NCBI GenBank assembly: GCA_007376145.1 | Contig: VMFP01000001.1 | Span: 122,835-186,834, forward strand | Direction of reading: 5' to 3' | Length of the DNA: 64,000 nucleotides | From: Parcubacteria group bacterium Gr01-1014_38 | GTDB lineage: Bacteria > Patescibacteriota > Andersenbacteria > UBA10190 > CAIZMI01 | Shown: positions 42,632 through 52,425 of the stretch, one piece after another | How the letters are laid out: each line of letters starts with the position of its first letter | Position numbering within the stretch: the stretch's first letter is position 1 | Made by a program: the position numbers and the translations under genes | Notes under the pieces: generated by a model | The model's input: only the letters and a program-made list of their open reading frames with translations | Databases searched by the model: none | Told to the model about the DNA's origin: nothing

Positions 42632-42635
42632 GCCA
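42538..42635. repeat. second copy of the 98-nt PIN 5' segment
   Basis: See 39524..39621. Confidence 0.9.
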
Positions 42636-42791
42636 CCGCGAACTCCTCTTCAACAAGTACGCCTTCGCGAACTACCACTGGTTTGTCGGCGCACTCCTTG
42701 CCTTCGGTGCCGCGGTGGGAATGGCGGAGCATGCCGCCGGGTCGGCCAGCTCCGCTCCGGCAGCCTCGTCTCTCGCGACATCACATCAAGG

Positions 42792-43544
42792 CTACCGGCG
42801 GATGAGCATGCTGATACTCGTGGCGCCAAGGTTGCTGATGAGGAGCGAGACAAGGAAGGGGTCGGGAATCGGCAGCCTGCCCCCCGGGAGCGAGAACAGC
42901 AGGGTTAGGACTGCGACGCCAGCGCCAAACGCTGTTCGCAGCCATGCGGGCTGATACGCGGTTGTCACCGGCTCGATGAGCATGACGGTGGCGAAAAAGA
43001 ACAGGGTGCCATCTACGAAGAGCGCGCGGAGATCGGCGACGCTTCCTCCGCGCGAGAGGAGGAGCGCACTTGCTCCAACCACGTAGACGACAAGGAAGGC
43101 AAGCGCGGTTTTCCAGCGCTTCACCCGGAACATCGTGACGATGCCGGAGAGCACGATGACGACGAGCGGAATCCGGCCCCACGCCGAACCCCACCAGGAC
43201 ACGATCGCTGCGGACGGGAAGAGAAACCCGAGGAGAACCAGCGCCGAAGCAGCGGGGTTGAAGATGTGCTTCTGCTTGTAGCGGATGAAGTGCTTGCCGA
43301 GGCTTGCCACGACGGGCGCGAAGAGCACGGCAAGCCAGGGCGCCGCGGGGGCCAGCACGAGAGAGAGAATGAGTCCGGAAATCCACGCGGAACTTGGGGC
43401 AATGAACTTCCCTTCCCGCCGTTTCGAGAGAGCGAGGTCCAGGACGGTGTAGATCGCGACTATCGCCAGACCGCGCCAGAGGAGAGACCAGTTCCCCACT
43501 CCCCACGCGCCGAGCACAAGAAGAAAGCCGAGGTAGAGAACCAT
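42792..43544 (-). CDS. RnfD/NqrB-like polytopic membrane protein (orphan)
   Basis: About 8 hydrophobic helices, with KHIFNPAASALVL resembling the RnfD/NqrB family FNPA segment. ATG 43544 is chosen. The ORF-track GTG 43730 adds a low-complexity 62 aa and overlaps the secA end. Confidence 0.55.
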   Translation of the reverse strand: MVLYLGFLLVLGAWGVGNWSLLWRGLAIVAIYTVLDLALSKRREGKFIAPSSAWISGLILSLVLAPAAPWLAVLFAPVVASLGKHFIRYKQKHIFNPAASALVLLGFLFPSAAIVSWWGSAWGRIPLVVIVLSGIVTMFRVKRWKTALAFLVVYVVGASALLLSRGGSVADLRALFVDGTLFFFATVMLIEPVTTAYQPAWLRTAFGAGVAVLTLLFSLPGGRLPIPDPFLVSLLISNLGATSISMLIRR

Positions 43545-43714
43545 CGGCGGCTTACTCGACAGGCCGCTCAAGCGTGCGAAAAGACTCTTCGGCTGCGGCG
43601 GAGATAGCGGAGATGGAGGAACGCCGACCGCAGTATCCACACCTCTACGGTACTGCTGCCGGCGAGACGAGTGCAACGAGGTGTACTCCCCGGGAAGCCG
43701 AGCGGTCGCCGAGG

Positions 43715-46366
43715 TTATTTCCCGTGGCACTTCTTATACTTTTTCGCCGACCCGCACGGACACGGGTCGTTGCGGCCCACTGGCGGCTTGGCGCGAAGCG
43801 GGCTGCCGGTGGCGGCCTCGGCTCCTTGGGCGGCTGGCACGGGAGTGAGTGATGTCAGTACGCCGGCCGGTGTACGTTCGTCCACTTCCTGGCCGATGGC
43901 GCCCGTGGGCGCAGGCGCCGTCGGGTGGCTCACGACGAGTTTCTCCGGCTGCGGAATGGGCGGTGGAGGAACGAGCGCTGCGGCCTGCGGGTGAATGGTG
44001 ACGTGGAAGAATGCCGATGCCGCTTCCTGGTGGAAGTGCGCGAGGAGGTTCTTGAACAGGTGGTGGCTTTCCTGCCGGTACTCAACGAGCGGATCGCGCT
44101 GACCATAGCCGCGGAGCCCGATACCGGTGCGCAAGTACTCCATGGTGTCGAGGTGATCCGTCCAGAGGAGGTCGAGCGTTTGGAGAAAGAGGGTTCGAAC
44201 GACATCCGGGAAGATTCCTTGCGGGAATTCCGCGGTTTTGCGGTCGTAGGTTTTCTCAACAAACGCGCGGAGGACAGCCCGCGTTGTTTCTGGAAGTTCG
44301 GGACCCGCCTCGCGCGGGAGGGTTTCAGAAATTTTCTGCCACTCGTCGTCGGGAAGATTGATATACCGCTGAAGCGCATCCCGCGAAACCTTGTCCAGAT
44401 CGCTCTCGGGCGAGGCGGCGACCCGAGCTTCTTGCACGGCGCTCGCCAGTGCTTCGGTGAGAATGTCCGCCGCGTGCGTGCGGAACGCCGCTGCGTCGGT
44501 GCTTCCCTCTGCCAGGCTTCGCCGCAAGCGGTAGAAGCTGTCCCGCTGCTTGTTCATCACGTCGTCATATTCCAAGACGTGTTTCCGGGAGTCGAAGTAG
44601 AAGCCTTCGACTTTCGCTTGGGCCGCTTCCACCGCGCGGCTCACCATCGCGGACTCGATCGGCTCGTCCTCCGGAACCTTCAGCCGTTCGAGGAGACGCT
44701 TCATCCGCTCGCCGCCGAAGATCCGCATGATGTCGTCTTCCAGGCTGATGAAGAACCGGGATTCGCCCTGGTCACCCTGACGTCCCGACCGTCCGCGGAG
44801 TTGGTTGTCAATGCGGCGCGCCTCATGCCGCTCGGTGCCGAGCACGAAGAGTCCACTAAGCTTCGTCACGCCCGACCCCAGTTTAATGTCCGTTCCTCGA
44901 CCCGCCATGTTTGTGGAGATGGTCACCGCGTCCCGCTCCCCCGCTTTTGCGACAATCTGCGCTTCTCGCTCGTGGTGCTTCGCGTTTAGGACCTCGTGCG
45001 GAATCCCTTCGCGCGTGAGCAGGGCGCTCAAGCGCTCGGATTTCTCGATCGCGATGGTCCCGACGAGTACGGGCTGGCCTTTCTGATGACGCTGCACCAC
45101 TTCGCGCGCGACAGCGCGGAACTTCGCCTCCTCGGTCCCGTAAATGCGATCGGGATGGTCGGTGCGGATCATTGGCTTATTCGTCGGAATCAACACGACG
45201 TCGAGATCATAGACTTTCTGAAACTCCTCGCGGCTCGTGTAGGCCGTTCCGGTCATGCCGGCGAGCTTCTCGTAGAGGCGGAAGTAGTTTTGGAACGTAA
45301 TCGTGGCGAGCGTCCGGCTTTCGGCCTGCACACGAACGTCTTCCTTCGCTTCAATCGCTTGGTGAAGACCTTCCGAGTACCGTCGACCGGGCATAAGGCG
45401 GCCGGTGAAAGCGTCCACAATCACCACATCCCCGTCTTTCACAACGTAATCCACATCGCGCTTGAAGAGCACGTGCGCCCGGAGCGCCTGCTCCAGGTGA
45501 TGGATGTGGCGGATTTCTCCCGCACCGTAGAGGTCTTTGATGTTCAGAAGTTCTTCCATACGTGAGATGCCTTCATCCGTGAGCGTCACCGCGCGCTGCT
45601 TTTCATCGACCTCGTAGTGTTTTCCGCGCTCGAGTTTCGGCACCAACCGCGAGAACTGCGCGTAGAGCTTCGTGGATTCTTCGTCTGGCGCGCTGATGAT
45701 GAGCGGCGTGCGCGCTTCGTCAATGAGAATGCTATCCACTTCGTCCACGATGGCGTACTGGAGCGGACGTTGCGCGCGATCCTGCGGGCGGTACGCCATG
45801 TTGTCCCGGAGGTAGTCAAAGCCGAACTCATTGTTCGTGCCGTAGGTGATGTCGGCGGCATACGCGGCGCGCTTTTCTTCCGGTGATTGGCCATGAAGCG
45901 TCACCCCCACGGTAAGTCCGAGTGCCTGGTAGATTGCCCCCATCCACTTCGCGTCACGATTGGCGAGGTATTCGTTTACCGTGACCACGTGGACACCTTT
46001 CCCCGAGAGCGCATTCAACACGACGGGCATGGTTGCCACGAGGGTCTTCCCTTCCCCCGTTTTCATTTCCGCGATGTTCCCTTCGTGGAGTGCGATACCG
46101 CCTTGGACCTGCACGTCGAACGGGCGCTCGTTGAGCGTCCGCCGCGCGGTCTCGCGGACGAGCGCAAACGTTTCGGGGAGAAGGTCATCGAGGGATTCTT
46201 GCCGCTCCTGGTGACGAACCTTCAACTCCCGCAACTTCTCAGGAAGTTGCTGATCAGAGAGTTGTCGGACGGATGGTTCCAGCGCGGTCACCCGTTCCGC
46301 CAGCGCTTGCAACCGTTTCACCTCTCCCGTTCCAGCACGGGAAAACAGATTTCCGAGAAATGCCAT
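43715..46366 (-). CDS. secA: preprotein translocase ATPase SecA
   Basis: MAFLGNLFSRA..., GEGKTLVATMP, TNMAGRGTDIKLG, and a C-terminal zinc motif CPCGSAKKYKKCHG. Confidence 0.98.
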   Translation of the reverse strand: MAFLGNLFSRAGTGEVKRLQALAERVTALEPSVRQLSDQQLPEKLRELKVRHQERQESLDDLLPETFALVRETARRTLNERPFDVQVQGGIALHEGNIAEMKTGEGKTLVATMPVVLNALSGKGVHVVTVNEYLANRDAKWMGAIYQALGLTVGVTLHGQSPEEKRAAYAADITYGTNNEFGFDYLRDNMAYRPQDRAQRPLQYAIVDEVDSILIDEARTPLIISAPDEESTKLYAQFSRLVPKLERGKHYEVDEKQRAVTLTDEGISRMEELLNIKDLYGAGEIRHIHHLEQALRAHVLFKRDVDYVVKDGDVVIVDAFTGRLMPGRRYSEGLHQAIEAKEDVRVQAESRTLATITFQNYFRLYEKLAGMTGTAYTSREEFQKVYDLDVVLIPTNKPMIRTDHPDRIYGTEEAKFRAVAREVVQRHQKGQPVLVGTIAIEKSERLSALLTREGIPHEVLNAKHHEREAQIVAKAGERDAVTISTNMAGRGTDIKLGSGVTKLSGLFVLGTERHEARRIDNQLRGRSGRQGDQGESRFFISLEDDIMRIFGGERMKRLLERLKVPEDEPIESAMVSRAVEAAQAKVEGFYFDSRKHVLEYDDVMNKQRDSFYRLRRSLAEGSTDAAAFRTHAADILTEALASAVQEARVAASPESDLDKVSRDALQRYINLPDDEWQKISETLPREAGPELPETTRAVLRAFVEKTYDRKTAEFPQGIFPDVVRTLFLQTLDLLWTDHLDTMEYLRTGIGLRGYGQRDPLVEYRQESHHLFKNLLAHFHQEAASAFFHVTIHPQAAALVPPPPIPQPEKLVVSHPTAPAPTGAIGQEVDERTPAGVLTSLTPVPAAQGAEAATGSPLRAKPPVGRNDPCPCGSAKKYKKCHGK

Positions 46367-46382
46367 TGAGCAGGCTCCTATC

Positions 46383-47531
46383 CTACCGTAGAAATCCCGA
46401 CTGGGAAACTATCCGCACCTCGCGTCGTTGCCAGGTGTTCCAGGCGTCCGCCACGAATGCGCGGATCCCCTGACGGAAGCGCTCCGCCGCGAATCGTGCG
46501 GCGTGGGCGCGAATGGTCTCTCGGTCGTACGAACCTTCGTTCTCCAAGAAGCGCCGGACGCAGTCCGCCAGCAGTTCTTCGATGGGCGCGTCAAAGAATT
46601 CGCCGGTGATTCCCTCGACGACAGTTTCGGTGGCTCCGCCGCGGCGCAGTGCGAGCACCGGCGTTCCCTGCGCCATCGCTTCAATGGGAACCAGTCCAAA
46701 GTCATCATCGCTTGGGAACAGTACCGCCCGCGCTCCGGCGTACAGCGCCACGAGTTCTTCATCAGGGACGAACCCGCGGAACGATATCGTCGGGCCCTGC
46801 AGGCGTCGCACCGTCGTCGCCTCCCGTCCCTCGCCGACCACGACGAGGGGAAGTTCGAGCTTATTGAAGGTATCGAGGACGACACGCACGCCTTTGTACG
46901 GCGACAGGCGGCTCACGAAGAGAAAGTACCGCCGAGGGTCGGATTCGCCTTGGGCGGCACGCGGGGTAAGCGGCTGGCTGAGCGGTGGCGGGAGCACTGC
47001 GGCTTCGCGCCGGTAGTACTTTTGAATCCCCGCCCTGGTGGTTTCGGAATTCGCGAGGAAGAGATCCACGCGGCGCGCCGCTGCCCGGTCCCACAGGCGC
47101 AGTCCGTGCATGAGCGTCTGGAAGAGTCCGCGACGGATCGTCCCCGAAGGGAATTCCTCCAGCAGCTCGTGGTACGCATCCCAGAGGAAGCGCGTCGGCG
47201 AGTGGCAGTAGCAAATGTGGAGCGTTCCGGGACGGGTGACGATCCCCTTCGCGAATCCTGACGCGCTGCTCACCACGACGTCGTACGCGGAGAGATCGAA
47301 CGTTTCCGCCGCGATCGGGAAGAGCGGAAGGTGCGCCCTGGACCGCCGGAGGACGCGCGGGAGTCCCTGGAGGAACGAGGTGGTGAGTTTCTCTGGTGGG
47401 AGGAACGGGGCGCGGAGCCGCGTTTCAAGAGTGTAGACCGGTGCGCCCGGAAATGCCGCGATGAGTTCCACGAGGACGCGCTCCGCACCCCCGAGCGTGG
47501 TGAGAGACTCGTGGACGAGCGCCAGCTGCAT
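46383..47531 (-). CDS. GT4 (GT-B fold) glycosyltransferase
   Basis: MQLALVHESLTTLGGAERV... and the C-terminal EX7E region FPSDDDFGLVPIEAMAQGTPVLA. Confidence 0.88.
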   Translation of the reverse strand: MQLALVHESLTTLGGAERVLVELIAAFPGAPVYTLETRLRAPFLPPEKLTTSFLQGLPRVLRRSRAHLPLFPIAAETFDLSAYDVVVSSASGFAKGIVTRPGTLHICYCHSPTRFLWDAYHELLEEFPSGTIRRGLFQTLMHGLRLWDRAAARRVDLFLANSETTRAGIQKYYRREAAVLPPPLSQPLTPRAAQGESDPRRYFLFVSRLSPYKGVRVVLDTFNKLELPLVVVGEGREATTVRRLQGPTISFRGFVPDEELVALYAGARAVLFPSDDDFGLVPIEAMAQGTPVLALRRGGATETVVEGITGEFFDAPIEELLADCVRRFLENEGSYDRETIRAHAARFAAERFRQGIRAFVADAWNTWQRREVRIVSQSGFLR

Positions 47532-47537
47532 GTGCGC

Positions 47538-48548
47538 TCACCGCGCCACGACGAGACTCCGCCGGTACGCGGGGAGATTTTCCAGGGCCATGCCGATTCC
47601 CTGGATCACGCAGCGCAGGGGGTCGTCTGCCACCGTGCAGGGGACCATCGTGATCTTCGCGATGAGCTTGTCCATGTTGCTCAAGAGGGCGGTCCCTCCG
47701 GTGAGGACAATCCCCTTGTCAATGATGTCGGCGGCGAGTTCCGGCGGGGTTTCTTGGAGCACCTGGCGTGCCGTGTGCGTAATCGTTTCGAGTTCTTCCT
47801 GCATGGCCTCGGTGACTTTGTTCGAGGTGATGGTCACTTCCTTCGGAAGACCCGTTGCGACGTCCCGGCCGCGGATCTCGTGCGGACGATCTTCCTCGGT
47901 TGGGGTCGCAGAGCCGATCGCGATCTTGATCTCCTCCGCGGTGCGTTCGCCAATCGCCAAGCCGTACTTTTTTCGCACGTATTCAGCGATTGCAGCATCG
48001 AGCCGGACGCCGCCGACGCGCGCCGAGGCGGTCGCGACCAAGCCGCCGAGCGAGATCATCGCCGCTTCCGTGACCCCGCCACCCATGTGGACGATCATGT
48101 GGCCGGACGACTCCGCAATCGGCAGACCCGCGCCGATCGCCGCCGCCACCGGTTGCTTGACCAGGTAGACGCGTCGCGCGCCTGCGCGCATGGCGACTTC
48201 GAAGACCGCGCGGCGCTCGGTCGAGGTGATCCCTGCCGGGACCGACACCATGACTTCGGGACGGAACACGCGGAAGGTGACGCCACCGACGCGCTCCAGG
48301 AAGAGTTCCAGCATTGCTTCGGTAACGCGGAAGTCAGCGATGGCCCCTTCGCGCAATGGCTGGGAGGCCTGAATGTTCTCTGGTGTGCGCCCGAGCATCT
48401 CCTTTGCCGCTTGACCGATGGCGAGGACCCGATGGTCATCAAGGGCGAGCGCGACGACCGACGGCTCGTGGATGACGATCCCGCGACGAGGCAAGTACAC
48501 GATGGTCTTCGTGGTGCCAAGGTCAATCCCGACGCGGCGCGTCAGCAT
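47538..48548 (-). CDS. mreB: rod shape-determining protein MreB
   Basis: ATG 48548 gives MLTRRVGIDLGTTKTIVYLPRRGIVIHEPSVVA..., an actin-fold ATPase motif. Confidence 0.93.
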   Translation of the reverse strand: MLTRRVGIDLGTTKTIVYLPRRGIVIHEPSVVALALDDHRVLAIGQAAKEMLGRTPENIQASQPLREGAIADFRVTEAMLELFLERVGGVTFRVFRPEVMVSVPAGITSTERRAVFEVAMRAGARRVYLVKQPVAAAIGAGLPIAESSGHMIVHMGGGVTEAAMISLGGLVATASARVGGVRLDAAIAEYVRKKYGLAIGERTAEEIKIAIGSATPTEEDRPHEIRGRDVATGLPKEVTITSNKVTEAMQEELETITHTARQVLQETPPELAADIIDKGIVLTGGTALLSNMDKLIAKITMVPCTVADDPLRCVIQGIGMALENLPAYRRSLVVAR

Positions 48549-48590
48549 AGTTGCAGGGTACCAAGGTATTCTGCTAGAAGGAAAGTGCTC

Positions 48591-50045
48591 GTGCATCCAA
48601 CAACGCGACGCGCCTTCCGCACGATGGCGTGGGTGATCTTCCTTGTGGGGTCACCCCTTCTCTTGGCCTATGCCTGGGGGTACCGCGTGTCGCTGTCGCA
48701 CCCCCGTGCATCGCTCGTTCCTGCCGGACCGACGGTTGGCGCGATGGTCATCCGCTCCATCCCGCGCGGCGCGCGTGTGCTCCTTGATGGGCGTGTGGTC
48801 GACGAGCGCACTCCCGCCGGCATCAGCAGGATTCCTGTCGGGGTGCACCTGGTACGGATTGAGAAGCAGGGGTATCGGCCGTACGAGAAGCGACTCGAGG
48901 TGTTCGGCGGACAGGTGGCCGATCTCCTTCACGTGCGGTTGATTCCCCAGACCATCGAGGAGGAAATTGTCCGCACCGGAGTATCCGGCGTGTGGATCTC
49001 GCCCGATGAACGCTGGGTGATTCTCCGGGAAGAGCCGCTGCTCACCATTCTCCCCCGGCGCGTGCTCACCACCCTCTCGCCCGAGAGAACGGTGCGCGAG
49101 GCTGATGGTCTCCAGGTCCGCCTGCCCCGCCACCGGACCGGCGAGATCGCGTTCTTCTGGGCGCCGAGTGGGGAGAGCGTGGCGGTTGGTCTGCACCGGG
49201 CGGAAGAGACCGAGCAGATGACGTTCTTCCCAGACAGTCTCGCGCTGATCGATCTCGCCGATGGCCGACTCCGGCCGATGCCGCCGCGGACCAAGCTGGT
49301 GGGATGGAGTCCCGTCGGGCCAGAGCGCGTCCTCCTCCTCACGGCGGAGGGAGACCTGCTGGGGCTTCCCGCGCAGGCCACGACGCCAGAGAAACTCGCC
49401 TCCGGCATTCTCGCAGCGGCGATTCATCCTCGCGGCATCCTCGTCCAGCGCGCGACGCAAGGTGCGAGCGAACCACCCTTTGGTTTCGTGCGCGACGGAG
49501 GAGAATTTCAACCCTTCACACCACCGTTTCCTGAACCGGCCGGGGCGCTGCAGGTTTCTCCGGAGGGAACTCTCGCGGGGGTATCGAAGGACGGAACGCT
49601 GTTCCTCTTCACTGCGGAGGATCAGGCCTGGCGAGCCGTCGCGCAGGGCGTGCGCCGCTTCGCCTGGTCTCCCGACGGTCAGAAGCTGCTCATCCAGGAA
49701 TCCGCGTTCGATGTCTCGGTGCTGAACGTGTCGGAGGATCGCAGCGTCTTAAAAAGGCTTCAGCCGGAATTTCTCCTGCGGATGTCACTCCCTCTCCGGA
49801 ATCTCCAATGGTTCCCGGACAGTCAACATCTCCTCTATTTCGATCAGGATATTCTTCGTCTCCTCGACATCGATCCCCGTGGCGGGCATCGAACCGAGGA
49901 CCTCATCTCCGTTGATCGTGGTGGTGCCCTCGCCGTCGTTTTCGAGGGCGGTGCGCTCGTCACCGTGACGGCACGCCGTTCCGTCTCCGACCGCTCAGCG
50001 GATGTCCTCCTTCGTCTCTTCCTCCGGACGCCGGACGACCGCTAA
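48591..50045 (+). CDS. membrane-anchored PEGA-domain plus TolB-like repeat protein
   Basis: Only the 3' third of the 904-aa ORF-track entry is real. GTG 48591 is preceded by AAGGA 8 nt upstream. The basic N-terminus plus TM (MAWVIFLVGSPLLLAYAW) is followed by a PEGA-like RIPVGVHLVRIEKQGYRPYEKRLEV, then SPDERW, APSGES, SPEGT, SPDGQK repeats. ATG 48624 is an alternative. Confidence 0.75.
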   Translation: MHPTTRRAFRTMAWVIFLVGSPLLLAYAWGYRVSLSHPRASLVPAGPTVGAMVIRSIPRGARVLLDGRVVDERTPAGISRIPVGVHLVRIEKQGYRPYEKRLEVFGGQVADLLHVRLIPQTIEEEIVRTGVSGVWISPDERWVILREEPLLTILPRRVLTTLSPERTVREADGLQVRLPRHRTGEIAFFWAPSGESVAVGLHRAEETEQMTFFPDSLALIDLADGRLRPMPPRTKLVGWSPVGPERVLLLTAEGDLLGLPAQATTPEKLASGILAAAIHPRGILVQRATQGASEPPFGFVRDGGEFQPFTPPFPEPAGALQVSPEGTLAGVSKDGTLFLFTAEDQAWRAVAQGVRRFAWSPDGQKLLIQESAFDVSVLNVSEDRSVLKRLQPEFLLRMSLPLRNLQWFPDSQHLLYFDQDILRLLDIDPRGGHRTEDLISVDRGGALAVVFEGGALVTVTARRSVSDRSADVLLRLFLRTPDDR

Positions 50046-51298
50046 GGTTCACCGCGTTCCCGCACACCGTCGCGGGCACAGCGGTCGTAGTATTGGAGAA
50101 GCTGGTTGGCGATGGATTGCGGAGCAAACCGCTCCTTGACGTACGCGCGCGCAGCGTCGCCCATCGCCGTGGCGTCGTCCCGATTCCGGAGAAGACGAAT
50201 CAGTGCTCCCGCGAGTGCTGACGGATCGTTGGGCGGTACGAGTGCTGCCGTCTGCGACGTCGTCGTTTCTAAAACGCCGCCGAGATCCGACGCGACGAGA
50301 GGCCGAGCACGGGCTCCGGCCTCCAATGCTGCGCGCCCGAACGGTTCTTCCCAGAGGTGAGCGGACACGACGATGGCCGAACGGTCCATGAGGTCGGAAA
50401 CCTCGGCTGGTGGGACGGCGCCGTGGAACGTGACGGCATCACGGAGGCCTAAGCGATCAGCGAGCGCGCGGTACCGCGGGAGTTCTCCACTGCCGGCGAG
50501 GTGGAGGCGGAGATCAGGAAATGTCTTTTGCGCCTCCGCGACGGCCTGGAGAAGAATGTCCGTTCCCTTCGTCGTTTCCAGGCGGCCCGCCGCACAGAGG
50601 ACATTTTCCTCCGGACGGGGGACGAGCGGCGTCGTCAGCCAACGTGGATCCACGGGGTTTTGGAGGATCATGGTCTGCACCGTCGGGGGAGGACGGAGGC
50701 GCGCCTCCACGCGCCTCCGGAGGCACTGACTCGTGTAGAGGTGGTGAGGAATGCGGCGGAAGGCGCGGGTACGAAAGCCGAGATTTCCTTTGTACTGCGC
50801 CACGCGGAATGGCTTCCGCGGGAGGGAGGCTTCCACGACGCGGTGGCACCGAAAGAGGACGTTCGTCCAGAAGCAGCCGTCGCAGGAGGAGCCGTCCCAC
50901 CACATGTTGTTCGTGGTCCCGCAGATCGGTGCGTAGTCGCGGATCGTGACGATGCGGTGCGGATGGGGGAGGAACGAGAGCGACAAGGCGCTGCGGAACT
51001 CTTGCGCATGGATGACGTCGGGCTGCAGCGCGTGTCTTGGAAGCAGCGCGGCGACGGTCTGTGCCGCTGCGCGACTCACCAAGACTTCCCGAAGCGGCTT
51101 TGACCACCAGGAGAGGAGCGGGCGCGTGCGGATCACCCGGACGCCGTGGAGAACGTCGTCCCCTTCCCCCGCCGCTCCGCAGACGACGGTGACGCTCGCG
51201 CCGGTCGCCGCCAGTGCTTCCGCGATCAGCTGCGTGGAGATTTCCCCGCCGCCGAGGACATCCGGCGGGTAGCGGGCGGAGAGGAAGAGCACCCGCAT
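50042..51298 (-). CDS. GT4 glycosyltransferase (1 of 4 tandem)
   Basis: ATG 51298 gives MRVLFLSARYPPDVLGGGEIST... and C-terminal HLWEEPFGRAALEAGARARPLVASDLGG. The ORF-track extension to 51547 is Arg-rich overlap with the upstream gene. Confidence 0.85.
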   Translation of the reverse strand: MRVLFLSARYPPDVLGGGEISTQLIAEALAATGASVTVVCGAAGEGDDVLHGVRVIRTRPLLSWWSKPLREVLVSRAAAQTVAALLPRHALQPDVIHAQEFRSALSLSFLPHPHRIVTIRDYAPICGTTNNMWWDGSSCDGCFWTNVLFRCHRVVEASLPRKPFRVAQYKGNLGFRTRAFRRIPHHLYTSQCLRRRVEARLRPPPTVQTMILQNPVDPRWLTTPLVPRPEENVLCAAGRLETTKGTDILLQAVAEAQKTFPDLRLHLAGSGELPRYRALADRLGLRDAVTFHGAVPPAEVSDLMDRSAIVVSAHLWEEPFGRAALEAGARARPLVASDLGGVLETTTSQTAALVPPNDPSALAGALIRLLRNRDDATAMGDAARAYVKERFAPQSIANQLLQYYDRCARDGVRERGEP

Positions 51299-52425
51299 CA
51301 GCCGCTCCGCGGGCTCAAGACCTTCGCGTAGACCGCCAGGGTCGCGGCGAGCATGTTCTCTCGCGTGAACTGCGCGGCACGGGCGAGTCCGCGCCGCCGG
51401 AGTTCTGCGCGGAGCGGCGCGTCGGTCAGGACCAAGGCGAGGCCTTCCGCGATTGCTTCGGTGTCTTCCGGGTTCACGAGGATCGCCGCATCGCCTACGA
51501 CTTCCGGAAGGCTGGAACGGTTCGACGTCACCACCGGCGTCCCGCACGCCATGGCTTCAAGCGGCGGGAACCCGAATCCTTCGTCGAGCGACGGGAATGC
51601 CAGCACCGTCGCTGCGTGGTACCAGAGGCGGAGCGCCGCATCGTTTGATTCCTCCACGAGACGGACGGTGCGGTCGAGGTGAAGTCGCGCAATCGTCTCA
51701 CGGAGTTCACGGCGACCGGACGCCACGCCCGCATCGCCAATCTTCACGAAGCGAACGTTCGGAACCCGTTGCCGGACGAGCGCGAGTGCTTCCAAAAGGC
51801 GACGGAGGTTCTTCCGCCGGTGCTCACTTCCTACGTAGAGAACCAGGGGAGGGTGATCGCAGAGATCTGCATCCGCAAGGAACCGCTTCCCTTCCTCGGT
51901 CTGCCAGAGCGCTCCTTGGAAGCGCAGGGATTCCGAACCCGAGGGGGGAATGACGGAGAGCCGCGCGTCCGGCACTTTATACTGTGCCCGAACATCCCGC
52001 GCGGTCGCCTCTGAATAGGTGAGAAGGTGCGCCGCATTTCTGATCCCGCGGTAGAGGATGCGCGCTACCGTTCCCCCAAAGAGCACCTGCGGGTCGCGGA
52101 GCTCGATGAGGTCCCAGACCGTGACGACGGATCGTTCAGGGGCTCTCCGTGCAAGAAACGCGAGCGTTTGGTTGGTGAAGTGCAGGATGCCCTCTGGCGG
52201 CGTGCGCAGGAGGCTTCCGGCAACGAGCCAGAACGCCGGCTTCCCGCCCGGCAGGCGCGGAACGATCCGAACGATCCTCCCGTTCTGCTCAATCGCCGAC
52301 ATCCGATGATCCAGCGTCAGGATCGTGACATCCTGTCCAGCGGCACGTAAGGCCTCCCGAAGCATTCCCACCGGCTTTCCGACGCCGGACGTTGCAGACG
52401 CGTTGGTGATGAGTGTGATCTTCAT
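51298..52425 (-). CDS. GT4 glycosyltransferase (2 of 4 tandem)
   Basis: ATG 52425 gives MKITLITNASATSGVGKPV... and C-terminal FPSLDEGFGFPPLEAMACGTPVVTS. TGATG 1-nt overlap with the next gene. Confidence 0.85.
   Translation of the reverse strand: MKITLITNASATSGVGKPVGMLREALRAAGQDVTILTLDHRMSAIEQNGRIVRIVPRLPGGKPAFWLVAGSLLRTPPEGILHFTNQTLAFLARRAPERSVVTVWDLIELRDPQVLFGGTVARILYRGIRNAAHLLTYSEATARDVRAQYKVPDARLSVIPPSGSESLRFQGALWQTEEGKRFLADADLCDHPPLVLYVGSEHRRKNLRRLLEALALVRQRVPNVRFVKIGDAGVASGRRELRETIARLHLDRTVRLVEESNDAALRLWYHAATVLAFPSLDEGFGFPPLEAMACGTPVVTSNRSSLPEVVGDAAILVNPEDTEAIAEGLALVLTDAPLRAELRRRGLARAAQFTRENMLAATLAVYAKVLSPRSG
51533..51582. repeat. 50-nt tract identical to 52675..52724 in the neighbouring GT4 paralog
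   Basis: accggcgtcccgcacgccatggcttcaagcggcgggaacccgaatccttc is present in both genes (it encodes EGFGFPPLEAMACGTPV on the minus strand). The flanks are diverged. Confidence 0.85.

Noticed and set aside
47331-48590. First ~420 codons of the 904-aa plus-strand ORF 47331..50045
   Set aside because: This part is antisense to the GT4 and mreB genes and is Arg/Asp/His-rich. Only the part from GTG 48591 (SD, signal anchor, PEGA and PD40-like repeats) looks like a real protein.
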